From: Eledone cirrhosa
Lineage: Eukaryota
NCBI GenBank assembly: GCA_964016885.1
Contig: OZ024742.1
Span: forward strand, 275,466,001 to 275,530,000
Direction: 5' to 3'
Length of the DNA: 64,000 nt
Part shown: piece after piece, positions 12,476-24,673 of the stretch
Layout of the letters: each line of letters begins with the position of its first letter
How positions within the stretch are numbered: the stretch's first letter is position 1
Program-made: the position numbers and the translations under genes
The notes under the pieces: model-generated
What the model saw: only the letters and a program-made list of their open reading frames with translations
Database searches by the model: none
What the model was told of the DNA's origin: nothing

Positions 12476-14330
12476 ATTGGTAGGTTCTTCCGTGCCTTTC
12501 CGTGTCCGTGCTAAGTGATGTTGACTGCCATCAGGTCTTTTTGGAACGTTCGTCACCAGGTGATCCTTGGGCCACGCCGCTTCCGTTTGCTGCCAGGTGG
12601 AGTCCATTTCGTCACCGTTTTCTACTGTCATTCGTTGGGCGGGCACAGAATATGGCCAGCCAGGTGGCACCGGTGATCCGTGATCACCCTCTGCAAGGCC
12701 CACGACTCGACTGTCTGCAGGATTTACTTGTTTCGCACACGGTCACGCCAGGACACACGAAGGGTCCTTCGCAGGCACCGCTGGTGGAACGTGTTTTGCC
12801 GTGTTCTTCCAGGTTTTGCTCCCGTAAAGCACTGTCAGAAAGCCGATGATCTTGTACAGGCGCAGCTTGATCCTGGTGCTGATGCATGAAGACGACCAGA
12901 CTAGGCGCATCCGCTGGAAAACTGCGGCTGCTTTGCTGATCCGACATTTGATTTCGAGCTCGACGTCACCATTTTTTTGCCAGGAAGCTGTCCAGATAGG
13001 TGAAGTGATCGACTTATGCTGTTGCCTCTCCTCGTCACCTAGATCTGTTTGGTGTTGATTCTCAGAACGATCTTTTCCGCACTCTTTTACAGGGATGTTT
13101 TTAGAGACTGCACTGTCAGCAGCAATCAAAGCGAGTAGGTGAATGTCAGGTCCCGCAGTTTTGACTGGCCTCTCCATGGGTTTCCTTGACCGGGCCCTTC
13201 ATCTGTTCACCTTAGAACGAAATTTATTGCCAGCGGAAACAGCAGTGGAGAAAGAATGCAACAATGTCTGACACCAGAGACAATGTCATAAAACGCCGTC
13301 AAACCGGACGCAGTTGGATTTGGCGTACATGGTCTTGAAGATGGTGATGAATCTCGCAGGAATACCGTACGAGTGCTAATGTCCCACAGCGTTTCCCGAT
13401 GCACACTCTCGAAATCAATGAAGTTGAATGCCAAAGGTTGCTGGAGTTCAATTTATTGTTCGAGGATGTTGCGTAGTGTGAAGATCTGTTAGGTGCAAGA
13501 TCGGTTGATTCAGAAGTTGGCTTGTTCTTCCCGGAGCACAGAGTTGATAGCTTGCTGGTGTCAATGCAGCAGCATAGTTCAGAGAACCTTGACTGTGTCT
13601 GACAGCAATGTGATGCTGCGCCAGTTGTTGCAGTCGGTCAGATTTCCCTACTTCGACAGTTTGACGATGACACTGCGTTGCCATTCAAGTGGAAACTGAC
13701 CGATCCTCCAGCAGTGGTCCATCGTGTTTATTAACGCCGTTATCATGCTATCTTCATCGAATTTGAGCAAATCTGTAGAGATCTCATCCAGTCTGACTGC
13801 TTTGCCGTTCTTCAAGTCTTTAATTGCATCCCTCTTCTCCTGGTTAGTGATTTGGTACTCGCAGACTTTGAGTACTGCAGCGATAGCTGGAGTCTCTGCG
13901 GTTAAGTCTATCAGGGGGACTGGAGCTGGTTGGTTGGTTCAGTGTCTCCTGGAAGTGTTCCATCCTTCTCTCGTCTTGTTCTGCTCCAGTGGTCAATGAC
14001 TTTCCATTTTTGTCCTTCACTGGCTTGTTGGCACCGTTGGACATTCCCGTTAACTCCCTCACAATTCAGAACAGTGTCTTCGTGCCGTTGCGACCAGCAG
14101 CTTACTCCTCCTCAGCACATTTTTTCTACAGCCAGACGCATTGTCCCGCCGGCATCTTCACTTGACTAGTCGGTCGAGTTGGCAGTAAGCGGCATCTTTT
14201 TTCCCTTGACCTTTCTCCGATCTTGCAGAATCTCATTTGACTTTCGTCTCCTTTTGTTCGTCGATCAGGTTCCATGTTAGTTCCTGGATCCATTGCTCTT
14301 TCCATCAACGCTCGAGTTGCTCGGTGCTAA
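12476..14330 (-). mobile_element. RTE-clade LINE, degraded, adjoining or nested in the old Tx1 copy
   Basis: Motifs NFIDFES..VHRETLW, SGVRHCCILSPLLF, RISKAAAVF, VLYGSKTW. Confidence 0.85.
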
Positions 14331-14479
14331 ACACATTCATGAGACAGAAATTATGAACATCGACCCTCTTGTTCTCGTCTCTTTACCCTAGAATTACTAC
14401 GCCCCATGTCACAGAACTGGGTATTTCGTAGCACACTGCATTAGTCGCCGAGAGTCGTGACAGGCCGTCGACCTAGAAA

Positions 14480-15310
14480 CTGATGTCCACCACCATCACC
14501 ACCTCGTGGTCTTCTCGAACAGTCGTGTAAATTATTGGCAAAAGTTCGCACAGATCTGCCTGGAAGCAACTATTATGCACTTGTCCCGGTCAATCAATGA
14601 CCGAATTGTGGTTTGTTACCACGCTGCGCCTCTGAAACCCGGGCCAATCGAACAGATTTCGTTTCCACGTTTCTGAAAGCACGCGCTTAGTTCTGACAAT
14701 GCAATCTTTGATCTATTGCATTCTCGCCGCTAGCACATCAGTTGCAATGCCTCTTTTTGTTACTATCTGCCACCCTTTTTTTTATTTTTCTTTCTATCGC
14801 TACTACTTTACTAAAATCTATCGATTTTACTCTAATCTCTCATTTGAGATCTCTCCACCGTCTGTTAATGGCGGCCTCCTCTGTAAACATACACTTATCT
14901 AAAGTGGTGACGCGGTCTTAGTTCGATTTACGCTAAGAGAATAACGTGTTAAGCTTCCGGGAACCAAGTCCTAACCTAGATGTTCTATCTACGTCGACCA
15001 CGCATATCACGAATTTGTAATCTGAATTGGTGACGATTTGGAAATATGAACAACCTATACTATCCCTATCGACTGTTCTAACGAAAAATGCATCTATATA
15101 CTATCTAGGTGACCCCATGTACTTGGTCTAGGTCCACACTGGCGCATTCAGAAAAAGTAGTTGAGACCTGTTAGACAGTTGAAACTGGTTGATCCTGTAC
15201 TTGAGGCTTTTGCCCACCCCAACTCATATCAGCTATTTCCACACATACACAGCATGTTTCTAAGATGCCGTTTGAATCGTCCGCTAACAGTAAAAGGTGA
15301 GACGTCTTCC
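14480..15310 (-). mobile_element. Old L1/Tx1-like LINE, endonuclease/linker region, degraded
   Basis: Nucleotide similarity to 21050-21900. Confidence 0.7.
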
Positions 15311-15319
15311 CCAGTGATC

Positions 15320-18300
15320 ATGAGGTCTCTGTAGCTATTTCAGATGTTTGTGGGTGCGTGTTTATATGTGTAGTTGTTGTTTGAGAAGCAGGAAAGGAAG
15401 GGTAGGTGGGAGAGCATCCCTCATCTTCCCCTTGGGTTGATTCTATCTTCGTTGTTTTTTGGTGTGGTGTAATAGCTGCTGCGGTGGGGATGTTATCTTT
15501 GTTGTTGCTGCCGGTGACGGAGCTGTTGGTACTGCATTTCTTTGTCCTGGCAATCCTCCTCCGTGTATGAAAGAGCAAACGCTCCAGCGCAATCAGGCAA
15601 GGCTTAGGACAATGCACGATAGTTAGGTGGTAGTAGATGGCGGACGCGATGTACGCATTCGCCACCTCCACTCGACCTTTCAGTGATCGACTCCTCTCAG
15701 TCCATTTGTGGGTGAGAGAGACATCCCTGGTCGTTACCTCATCCAAGCTTTCGTCCGTCTAGAGGTCCCGATCGAACCAGACCCCTAGCAATTTAACCGG
15801 CTCGTCCGTCCAGAGCCCAACGACGCTGTTGGATGGCATGGACCTGCATCTTCAGGTGCTTAGCAGGTTAATCATTGCTCCTGTCATCACCTCGTATTCT
15901 CTTAGAATAGTGACCATCGCCTGAATATGTTGGGCGCTCGACTCCTCTACGGTGATGTTGTCGGTATATACTCACATGGTTTTCCCGCATCCCAATTCGT
16001 GCGGCACGCCCTTCAAGGTTTCCAGTTTGTGCAGTAAAATGGTCGAGAGGGGACGTCCTTGGCGGACTGAGCGCACGATATTAAACGTTCACTCTCACCA
16101 CAGAGGACTCTGTACATGGCCGCCATCAAAGCTCTTAAAACAGCCTAAAACCGGACGCACTCATGACCTCCACTATATAACGATGGACGACCTCATCAAA
16201 AGCTTTCAACTGATCTAAATTGACGAAGGTTCCCTCCATGCCAGGTTCCCTAGCTACCCTCTGAACGATGTATCACATGAGGTGGAGGTTGTTGTGTATT
16301 GATCTGTCTGGAATGACGCATATCTGCGCTTCTCCCACCAGACCACCAACGACAAGCACCAACCTCTTTGCTAGCAACTTGGCCAAAATCTTGAACTCTG
16401 CAATTAAAAGAGACAGCTGAGAATCCTCCTGTTCTGGTGCAAGCTGCAGTAGATGTCCGCCAAGAGGTCGCCAAACAAGTCTGGCATGTGTACGTAAAGC
16501 TTTTAGGACAGACCACCCAAACCAGACGATTTACCCATCATAGAGTCAATCATTCACTCCCGTACTTCAACGTCTGTTATCGGCTATTCACAGAACTCCA
16601 CCTTAGTGACTGAGAGCCGCAGCAGACCGTTGCGGTAGGCACTAAATTCTATCCAACGATCCGACCCAACGCTGCCCCCGAACAGCTGAGCAACTGCCGC
16701 TGAAAACCGCACATTTAATCGGTATCAAGTAACATGCGCCCATCGTGGTCCTCCAAAGACCATATTGTGGCTTTGTAGCCACAACGCGCCTTCGCCACTC
16801 TAGCCTATCGAACGGCTTTCATCTCTTCGTGCTCGGATTCACGCGCTCTAGCTTGACAACGGAGACTTCGTGCTTTGCTCAAGCACTTCGATCGCGATGT
16901 CTTTACTAAAGGCCTCGTCCAATTTTCTAAGTAGTTCTCCATCTGGTCTAATTTTCACTATTGCTAACCCTTTACTAAACGTAATATATTCTATTTTAAT
17001 CGCCCTTTTCAGGGCGAAACGACCATTTGTTTTTTACGACTGCCCGCGTCAACGCCAGCTTAACTAGTTCGCTAATCCGGTACCTGTAGGCTTTGCGTGT
17101 TGTGATCGACGCTTATAGCTTCCAGTAGCCGGGTCCTTGTCTAAGAAATGTATCTAAGTCGACCACACAGATCAGGAATTTGTGGTCGGTGTAGTCGGCT
17201 ATCTTGAATTAAGGACAACCTATGTAAGACCTATCTATTTCCCTACAAAATAACTTGTCTGTCGGTAACTGTCACACAGTTGAAAACTTCTGAGCCGGTT
17301 TGCGAGGCTTTTATACTCTTCTGCCCTATCCACTAGTCGCACAGACTCCCAGCATGCATCCAACATCCTGTTCGAATAACTCACTAACACTAAAGAGCGC
17401 GACGTTCCAAGAAAGTTTTCCAGACACCTGAAGTTGCTAGGCCGTCCTGCACCTATTGGGGGTATGGACGGCCACAACCTGAAAGCTTGCCCTTCTTCGT
17501 TAGTCACGTCCAGCACCACTAACTTACATTCTGGGTCCAAATCGATAGCCTATATCTCGCAACCAGACTTCTCCGGAACAACACAGCCACTCTTACGCCA
17601 GCTCCAGGACGGCTTTGAGATGTGTACACAGCGTAGCCGTTGAAAATGTGTTCGAATGCCAATGCCTCGGAGATTCTAGTTTCGCTGATGGCCACCACAT
17701 CTATGTTTAGCGGTCTAAGATCATTGAGCAGGTGGCTCTGCATGACGACTCCAGTCCTATATTGAGAGAAGCCATTGTTGGCTAAGATAGAAGGAATACA
17801 AATGAGAGGCGAAAGATAAAAACTTTACCTTTGACTATTTTTTTAGGAAGGGGAGGGTGATCCAGCCCTGCGACCAGTGGTGGATTTCTCAACGAGAATG
17901 TCAGAGTATATTCTGTTCGCGAGTATCCCTCCATATTCTCCAATTGCTATGGCGAAAATTTTTTTAATGTTGTCTAATTCTTCTGTAAAATTTCAATTAT
18001 GTTTATGTGTGCGCGTGGGGCAATTTTGATGGTTTGTATGTAATTGGTTTCTGTGATAGTGGTTTTTGCTTGTATGAAATTGAAGAGTTTTTTAGTTGTC
18101 TGTGTCTAGAGCTGTGTATCGTGTCTGCATTTGAGATGCTAGTGCTTTTTGTTTTTGCTGTGGTGTTGCTGGAGGTGACGATGGGGTAGATGATAATGGT
18201 GGCGATGGTGGTGGTGCAGGTGGTGTCGGTGATGGTGGTGATGTGGTTTGTTGTTGTTGAGGTGTGGTTGTTGATGGTGAAGGGGATTGGTTATTAGACT

Positions 18301-18547
18301 TCTTCATTTTTGTGTTTATTTCTTTCACTTTTTTTTGGGGGGGGGGGCGAAGGAAGAAAGCTTTGTTGTTATCGCTACCATGGTCTTCCACCCTTCAGTG
18401 TCATCACAATCTCTGTCCGATTTAGTGATATCTGGAAGGTACATGCCCTCCATTGATCTTGTTGGCATTGTTCGTAGTGGAAATGGTGTTTTTGTCGATG
18501 GCATCACCGGTGCTGATAGCTTTTGTCTCGATAGATTCAGCACCATG
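15320..18547 (-). mobile_element. Old L1/Tx1-like LINE pieces (ORF1 remnants and ORF2 EN-RT), degraded
   Basis: HLLNDLRPLNIDVVAISETR, KLVVLDVT and VANAYIASAIYY match ORF2; P/T-rich ORF1-like pieces at 15320-15565 and 17830-18547. Confidence 0.85.

Positions 18548-18606
<59 letters not shown>
18548..18606. repeat. (AAT)n tract at the Tx1 3' end
   Basis: Direct reading. Confidence 0.95.
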
Positions 18607-18608
<2 letters not shown>

Positions 18609-18872
18609 TTTCTTTATTAACCACAAGGGTTTACATAAAGTAGACATTAAGGACAGTGCAGGACAATGCAGGACGGTACAAATGGGCATTTCTGCGTGTA
18701 AAAAAACAAAAACAGAGGATGTAACAAAAATAACAATGAAAATAACAATGAAAAATTCCCCAATAGGGGGGGGGGAGACTTCGGAGGGACATTTGTGGAG
18801 AAAGCCCAGTAAAAAGCCACAATGACCCTGACCACCAAGGCAAGTGCCCTCTCCCAGTTTTCCACCTTTAGT

Positions 18873-21800
18873 TTACAGATATATACTCAGAGTCGGCCCA
18901 TTCACTCGGGCCATTCTTGCTTCTCTCACCCATCTTTCAACAAAATGCTGGGAAGAGAGCACTTCCTTCTCTACTCTGATTTTCCTTTTCAAATGAAATT
19001 TGAAAAAGTCAATCAGAGCATCACCGAAGAGGTAAGTGCTCGTCTTCAGCCCTTTCAAACGTGTCCACCATACTATCTCTTTCGCCATGGCCACCAGACA
19101 GATAAAAACTGCCTGCCCTTCCCGGCTAAAGGAGGAGGGCGGGGCAATCCTCACGATAGACTCAGATGATAGCTGGATCCGTCCTAAACGCGACAGCAGG
19201 TGTTCGACATAAACCCACAAGTCAGCAATTTTCGGACACTGGACGAGTGCGTGCAGGACGGTTTCGTCGCCCTGCGCGCATCTCGGACATGCCCGGCTGA
19301 CGGCACCTCCATGCCTGTAGAGTTTATCCCGAACTGGCAAGGCTCCTCGGTAGCACTGCCAGGCCAGAGATTTCTGGAAGTTGTCCATAGGCCCTGGCCC
19401 GAAAGTTCTTCCGAAGAGATTGGCTAGTTGATTTTCGTCGACGCCTAGAGTTTCCCCAAGTACGTCGTCGCTCTTCCCCTCCACTAATCCTCTATAGAAC
19501 GCCGAGGTGGAGTTTCCACCGATCACATTGCCCGATTGGTCGAGGGCTGTGAGCGCCTGAAGACATTCCAGTCTCCAGGCGCTCCCTCTCGGTCTTCGCT
19601 TGATCCAGGACTGCAGCTCCGTCAAGGAAACGAGCTGGGGAAAAACGCGTCTAGCAAACGGCGACCACACCTGATCACCGTCGAGGAAGAGGTGGAGATG
19701 TCGTAGCCTGAGCGCGTGCCTGCGCATCATCAGCCACGGCATGCCCAGCCCTCCACGTAGCGGGTGTTGACAACAGATGGACCGCCTGACCATCGGAGCA
19801 CGTCCCTTCCACAAAAAGCGAAAGAGCAAACGCTCCAGCGCAGTCAGGCGAGGCTTAGGACAAGGTACGACGGTTAGGCGGTAGCAGATGACAGACGCGA
19901 TGTATGCGTTAGCCACCTCCGCTCGACCTTTCAGGGATAGCTTCCTCTCCGCCCATTTCTGGGTGAGAGAAGCCACCCTGCTCGTCACCTCGTCCCAGTT
20001 TTTGTCCGTCTGGAGGTCCGGACCGAACCAGACCCCTAGCAATTTAACCGGTCCGTCCGTCCAGCGCCCGACGACGCTGTTGGACGGCATGGACCTGCCT
20101 CTCCAGGTGCCGAGCTGCAGGCCCACTGACTTTTCCTGGTTGATCATTGCTCCTGTCACCGCTTCGTATTCTCTTAGTGTAGTGCCGATCGCCTCGATGT
20201 GTTTGGCGTTCGACACCACTACGGTGACATCGTCCGCATATGCTGACACGGATCTTCCGCATCCTAGTTCGCGCGGGACTCCCCTCAACGTCTCCAGTTT
20301 GTGCAGTAATGGCTCGAGAGTCAATACGTACAAGAGGGACGAGAGGGGACATCCTTGGCGGACCGAGCGCATGATGTTGAACGGTTCCGACAGGTGACCG
20401 TTCACTCTCACCACAGAGCAGATGTCGCTGTGCATGGCAGCGATCCAGCCTCTGAAGACGGGCCCAAAGCCAGCCGCCCTCAGGACTGCCGCTAGGTAAC
20501 GATGGTCGACCCTATCGAAAGCTTTCGACTGATCTAAATTGATCAAGGACCCACCCGTGCCAGGTTCCCTAGCTACCCTCTCTACGATGTATCGCATGAG
20601 GTGGAGGTTGTCATGGATGGATCTGTCGGGAATGGCGCATGTCTGCGCCTCTCCCACCAGACCACCAACGACAAGCGCCAACCTCTTTGCTAGCACCTTG
20701 GCCAAAATCTTAAACTCTGTGTTTAGCAGAGTTATGGGCCGGAAATTTTCTATGTTATCCCCCTTGTTCGGATCCTTTCTCAGCAGTGCCACCGCTCCTC
20801 GGCTCACAGAACTGGGAATTCTCCCGTTCTGTTGCCAGTTGCAGTAGACGTCCGCCAAGAGGCCTCCGAACAAGTCTGGCATCTGTACGTAAAGTTCATA
20901 TGGCAGACCATCCAAACCAGGCGATTTACCCCTTGTGCAGCCAGTCATTGCCTCCCTTACTTCAGCGGCTGTTATCGGCTTTTCGCAACACTTCGCCTCA
21001 GTGGCCGAGAGCCGCGGCAGTCCGTCGAGGTAGACACTAAAGTCCATCCCTCTACCCGGTCCCCCGCTGCCCCCGAACAGCTGAGCGAAGTGTCGCTGAA
21101 AAGCTTCACACATTTGCCCGGGATCGAGTAGCATGCGCCCGTCGTGGTCCACCAAAGACCGGATCGTGGCTTTGTTGCCACGACGCGCCTCCGCCACTCG
21201 GGCCCATTGAACGGCTTTCGTCCCCTCGTGTCTGAGAGCACGCACCCTAGCTCTGACAACGCAGCCTTCGTGCTTTGCATTGAAGAATTGGTCAAGGGCC
21301 AATTTCGCCGCAAGCACGTCGGTCGCAATGCCTTTGCTAAGCGCCTCGTCTAATTTTCTAACTAGTTCTCCCTCTGCTCTATTTTTCTCTATTGCTAAAG
21401 CCTTACTAAACCTAATCGATTCTATTCTAATCGCTCTTTTCAGAGCAAACCACCACTTGTTGTTGACGATGGCCCCCGTCAACGCCCGCTTAACTAGTTC
21501 GCTAATCCGGTCTCTGTAGGCCTTGCGCGCTGGTAAGGACGCGTTTAGCTTCCAGTAGCCGGGTCCTCGTCTATGAAGCCTATCTAAGTCAAGCACACAG
21601 ATCACGAATTTGTGGTCCGTGTAGCTGACTATCTTGAATTGTGGACAGCCTATGCTAGACCTATCTATTTCCCTACAAAATACTCTATCTAGATATGATC
21701 TGGATGACCCTATGCGGTTTGTCCAAGTCCACATTGGCACATTCGGGAAATCCAATCGGTACCTGTCAGACAGTTCAAAACGCCTGAGCAGGTTGGTGAG

Positions 21801-22292
21801 GCTCTTGCACCCTCCACCCCTATCCGCTAATCCCACACAGTCCCAGCGTGCATCTAAGATCCCGTTCCAGTCGCCCACTAACACTAAAGAGCGGGACGTT
21901 CCAAGAAAGGTCTCCAGACGCCGGAAGAAATCAGGCCGCCCTGCTCCTGTCGGGGCATAGACGGCCACTAGCCTGAAAGATTGCCCGTCTCCGCTGGTCA
22001 CGTCCAGCACCACCAGCTTACCCTCTGGGTCCAGGAAGATGGCCCGTATGGCGAGATCCAAACCTCTCCGAAAAAGCACAGCAACTCCTCCACCCGATCC
22101 AGGACGGCTGGGAGATGCGTATACATCGTAGCCGCCGAAGATCGGTACGAAGGCCCGTGCTTCGGAGATTCTGGTCTCGCTGATGGCCACTACATCTATG
22201 TTTAGTGACCTGAGGTCGTTGAGCAGGTGACCCTGCTTCCATGACGACCCCAAGCCACGCGCATTTATGCTGCCTATTCTGAGTGAGGTCAT
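18873..22292 (-). CDS. Tx1-like ORF2p: APE endonuclease, reverse transcriptase, C-terminal zinc ribbon (1139 aa)
   Basis: GSINARG, ISET, VGDWN, SYLDRVF and YTDHK (EN); KSPGLDG, NFRPITLLN, DQSKAFDRV, VRQGCPLS and YADD (RT); CPRC..H....C. Confidence 0.95.
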   Translation of the reverse strand: MTSLRIGSINARGLGSSWKQGHLLNDLRSLNIDVVAISETRISEARAFVPIFGGYDVYASPSRPGSGGGVAVLFRRGLDLAIRAIFLDPEGKLVVLDVTSGDGQSFRLVAVYAPTGAGRPDFFRRLETFLGTSRSLVLVGDWNGILDARWDCVGLADRGGGCKSLTNLLRRFELSDRYRLDFPNVPMWTWTNRIGSSRSYLDRVFCREIDRSSIGCPQFKIVSYTDHKFVICVLDLDRLHRRGPGYWKLNASLPARKAYRDRISELVKRALTGAIVNNKWWFALKRAIRIESIRFSKALAIEKNRAEGELVRKLDEALSKGIATDVLAAKLALDQFFNAKHEGCVVRARVRALRHEGTKAVQWARVAEARRGNKATIRSLVDHDGRMLLDPGQMCEAFQRHFAQLFGGSGGPGRGMDFSVYLDGLPRLSATEAKCCEKPITAAEVREAMTGCTRGKSPGLDGLPYELYVQMPDLFGGLLADVYCNWQQNGRIPSSVSRGAVALLRKDPNKGDNIENFRPITLLNTEFKILAKVLAKRLALVVGGLVGEAQTCAIPDRSIHDNLHLMRYIVERVAREPGTGGSLINLDQSKAFDRVDHRYLAAVLRAAGFGPVFRGWIAAMHSDICSVVRVNGHLSEPFNIMRSVRQGCPLSSLLYVLTLEPLLHKLETLRGVPRELGCGRSVSAYADDVTVVVSNAKHIEAIGTTLREYEAVTGAMINQEKSVGLQLGTWRGRSMPSNSVVGRWTDGPVKLLGVWFGPDLQTDKNWDEVTSRVASLTQKWAERKLSLKGRAEVANAYIASVICYRLTVVPCPKPRLTALERLLFRFLWKGRAPMVRRSICCQHPLRGGLGMPWLMMRRHALRLRHLHLFLDGDQVWSPFARRVFPQLVSLTELQSWIKRRPRGSAWRLECLQALTALDQSGNVIGGNSTSAFYRGLVEGKSDDVLGETLGVDENQLANLFGRTFGPGPMDNFQKSLAWQCYRGALPVRDKLYRHGGAVSRACPRCAQGDETVLHALVQCPKIADLWVYVEHLLSRLGRIQLSSESIVRIAPPSSFSREGQAVFICLVAMAKEIVWWTRLKGLKTSTYLFGDALIDFFKFHLKRKIRVEKEVLSSQHFVERWVREARMARVNGPTLSIYL

Positions 22293-22327
22293 GTTTAAAA
22301 TAGAGTGGAAAAGATGGGAAAGACCAC

Positions 22328-24431
22328 TTACCGTACTTTTGGTAGAGGAGGGATGGTTTTTACATCCCTTTTCACTTGATCGTCTGGTGAAGGGACCGTT
22401 GAATCGTCCCTTCGGCTGGTCGTCGGCTCTTCTAAGAGAATGTCTGAGTATACTCTTCGATTGATGGTTCCTCCTAGGTCCCTGAAATCACCAACTGCGT
22501 TGGGGAATTTCGTTTTAATGTTTGTGTATTGTTTCTGTGCTATTTTTAGCAGTCTTATGTTAGTTGGCGTTTTGATTGGTGCTGGTATTATGTAGTCCTG
22601 TTGTGAAATGTCTGTGTGTTCAATTATGTAAGTCATTAGTTTCTTGTTGTGTGTATTTATTGCCGTGCATTTGTTTTTCTGGGGGTGGGGTGTGGTTCTG
22701 CTATTTTCTTGTCGTTGTTGCTGGGTGTGTGTGTTTTGTTGTTGTGTTTGCGATGTTGGTGCTTGTGGTGGTGGTGTTGAAGGTGTTGTTGGCGGTGGGG
22801 TTGTCGCCGGTGGTGATGGTGGTGCTAGTGTGGGTGGTGATGGTGTTGGTGTTGTTGCTGCTGTGGGTCTCTTTGCAGTAGACTTTACCCTTTTCTCATT
22901 TCTTTCCTCCCTTTTCAAAGGCGACGATGCGCTGCTTCTGCGTTTGTGCCTTCTTACGACCTTTTGCCATCTCTCTCCCACCTCACACTCCATGTCTGAT
23001 TCTGTGAGGTCGTGGAGGGGTACCAGCTCCACTCTTTCACTTGTTGTTGTTGGTGATGTTTGCACTGGAGTCTCTGTTGCAGCTGCATTTGGTATTGATG
23101 TTGTTGTTGTTAATATTTCCACTGCTGCTGCTGTTTTTGATTTCCGTGGCGTGGGTATGGGTGCCACGGACCTATCGTTCCTGGTTACCGCTTGTCCTGT
23201 TGCTGGTAGCCGTGGAGCCGGTTTCGGAAGGAGGGGGGGTTTCTCCTTTCTCAGGGTCTTCTCGTTGTAGAAGGCCCTGAGGTGAGTCTTCGATCCACAG
23301 CGAAAGCATTTCGGGCGTTTTCCCTCAACGCTTATGGGCAGTTGAGTGCCGTTATCGAAGTCTATCACATCCGGGATAGCTTCGATGCACTCCTGGTTGG
23401 TTTGGATTAGCATCTCAATGGAGGTGCCGACCCAATCTTCTCTTACTTTTTTCTGTACTTGCAGTACAGTTGTTTTGTCCTCGATTCCGACGAGGACAGA
23501 CGCGGCCAGCCAAGAAGGGGACATCCCGGTGGGGACGTGGGTCAGTTTGACCCTCACAATTTTTTGCCCGCAGTAGGAGGGCACCAACACCATTTCCTCG
23601 CTCCTTAGGGTCACTACGGATTGGGCCTTTGCCTCCTGGGGTGTGGCAAAAAGTACGTCTACGGTGGCATATTTTTTGCCTCGGGTGATGTGCGTTTTCC
23701 GCTGCCACACAGACCCCCAAGGCTTTTTGTATTTGAGCCTCTGTGGCTCTTTCCACCCTACGGGATTTTGTACTTACTGTACGGTACGTGACCGTACAGT
23801 GCTGTTGGGTTTCGAAAAATTTTTCCGCTGCCTTGCAGATTGCTCGGTGTCCATTCTTTGTCACCATCTTCTTCGCTTCCTCTAATTCCTCATTTGTTAT
23901 GAGGATTGTTTCTAAGTTTTTCGCAATACCTGCAAATGAGATTGGTTTTTCTTTGCTGCTGTTGTTGTTGTTGTCGTCAGAGCTGCTGTTACTTTTGTTG
24001 TTGCTGCAGGTACTACGACTATTGCCTCCGCCGCTGTTGCTGTGGTTGTTGTTGGTGTTGCTGCTGCTAATGCTGTTGTTGTTTATGCTGCTGGTGATGT
24101 TGTTGCGGCTGCTACTGTTGTTTTCATTGTCACTGTTGCTGTTGTTATTACGGCTGCTACTGCTATTATTCCTGACGTCAGACGAATGAACTAGGTTTTC
24201 GTATTTCCCGCACACCTGTTTCGTCGCTGTCGTCGTCGTCGTGGAGAAACCTTGCACGCTTTGCACGAGACTTTTCTTTTCTTTCGTCGCTTGCGAAAGA
24301 GAAGGGAGGGAGAGAGACACATTTAAGGAAGGGAGGGAGAGAGACAATCTTCTCTCTGCTGTAGTGACGATTGAGGAAAAAGAAGACGGAATGAGTGGGA
24401 GTGACCTATGCAAATTCGTTTTCGTAGCCAT
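22328..24431 (-). CDS. Tx1-like ORF1p (about 700 aa) with a single frameshift near 23714
   Basis: ATG (MATKTNL) at 24431; ORFs 23415-24467 and 22328-23710 join if one G is removed from a G5 run; zinc knuckle CFRCGSKTHLRAFY; N/S-rich and P/T-rich tracts. Confidence 0.8.
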
Positions 24432-24673
24432 GTTCTTTTTTTTGTTTAAAATAAATATTGGGTACAAAACCCCAATAAGCAGTTATTTAACCCCGAAGGG
24501 CCAAATAACGGGCAGAAAGACCCCTCTCATGAGGAGGGGGGTGTTTTTGTCTACAAGTTGGTCTAAGTTTTAAACAATTTACAATTGTTAAAGCGTTCAA
24601 AATTTACAGTACCTTACAGAGCCGAGCCTCCGTCAACCATAGCATTCAATAATAATAATAATAATAATAATAA

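Larger units (their letters stand above)
18607..24647 (-). mobile_element. Full-length young L1/Tx1-like non-LTR retrotransposon flanked by (ATT)n
   Basis: 5' UTR, ORF1, 35-nt spacer, intact ORF2 and 3' UTR ending AATAAAGAAATC(ATT)n; microsatellite on both sides. Confidence 0.95.

Noticed and set aside
23700-23720. Programmed ribosomal frameshift in Tx1 ORF1
   Set aside because: No slippery heptamer; a 1-nt homopolymer indel or sequencing error is simpler
19200-24573. Plus-strand ORFs antisense to the Tx1 element
   Set aside because: Shadow frames of GC-rich or low-complexity coding sequence with no recognisable motifs
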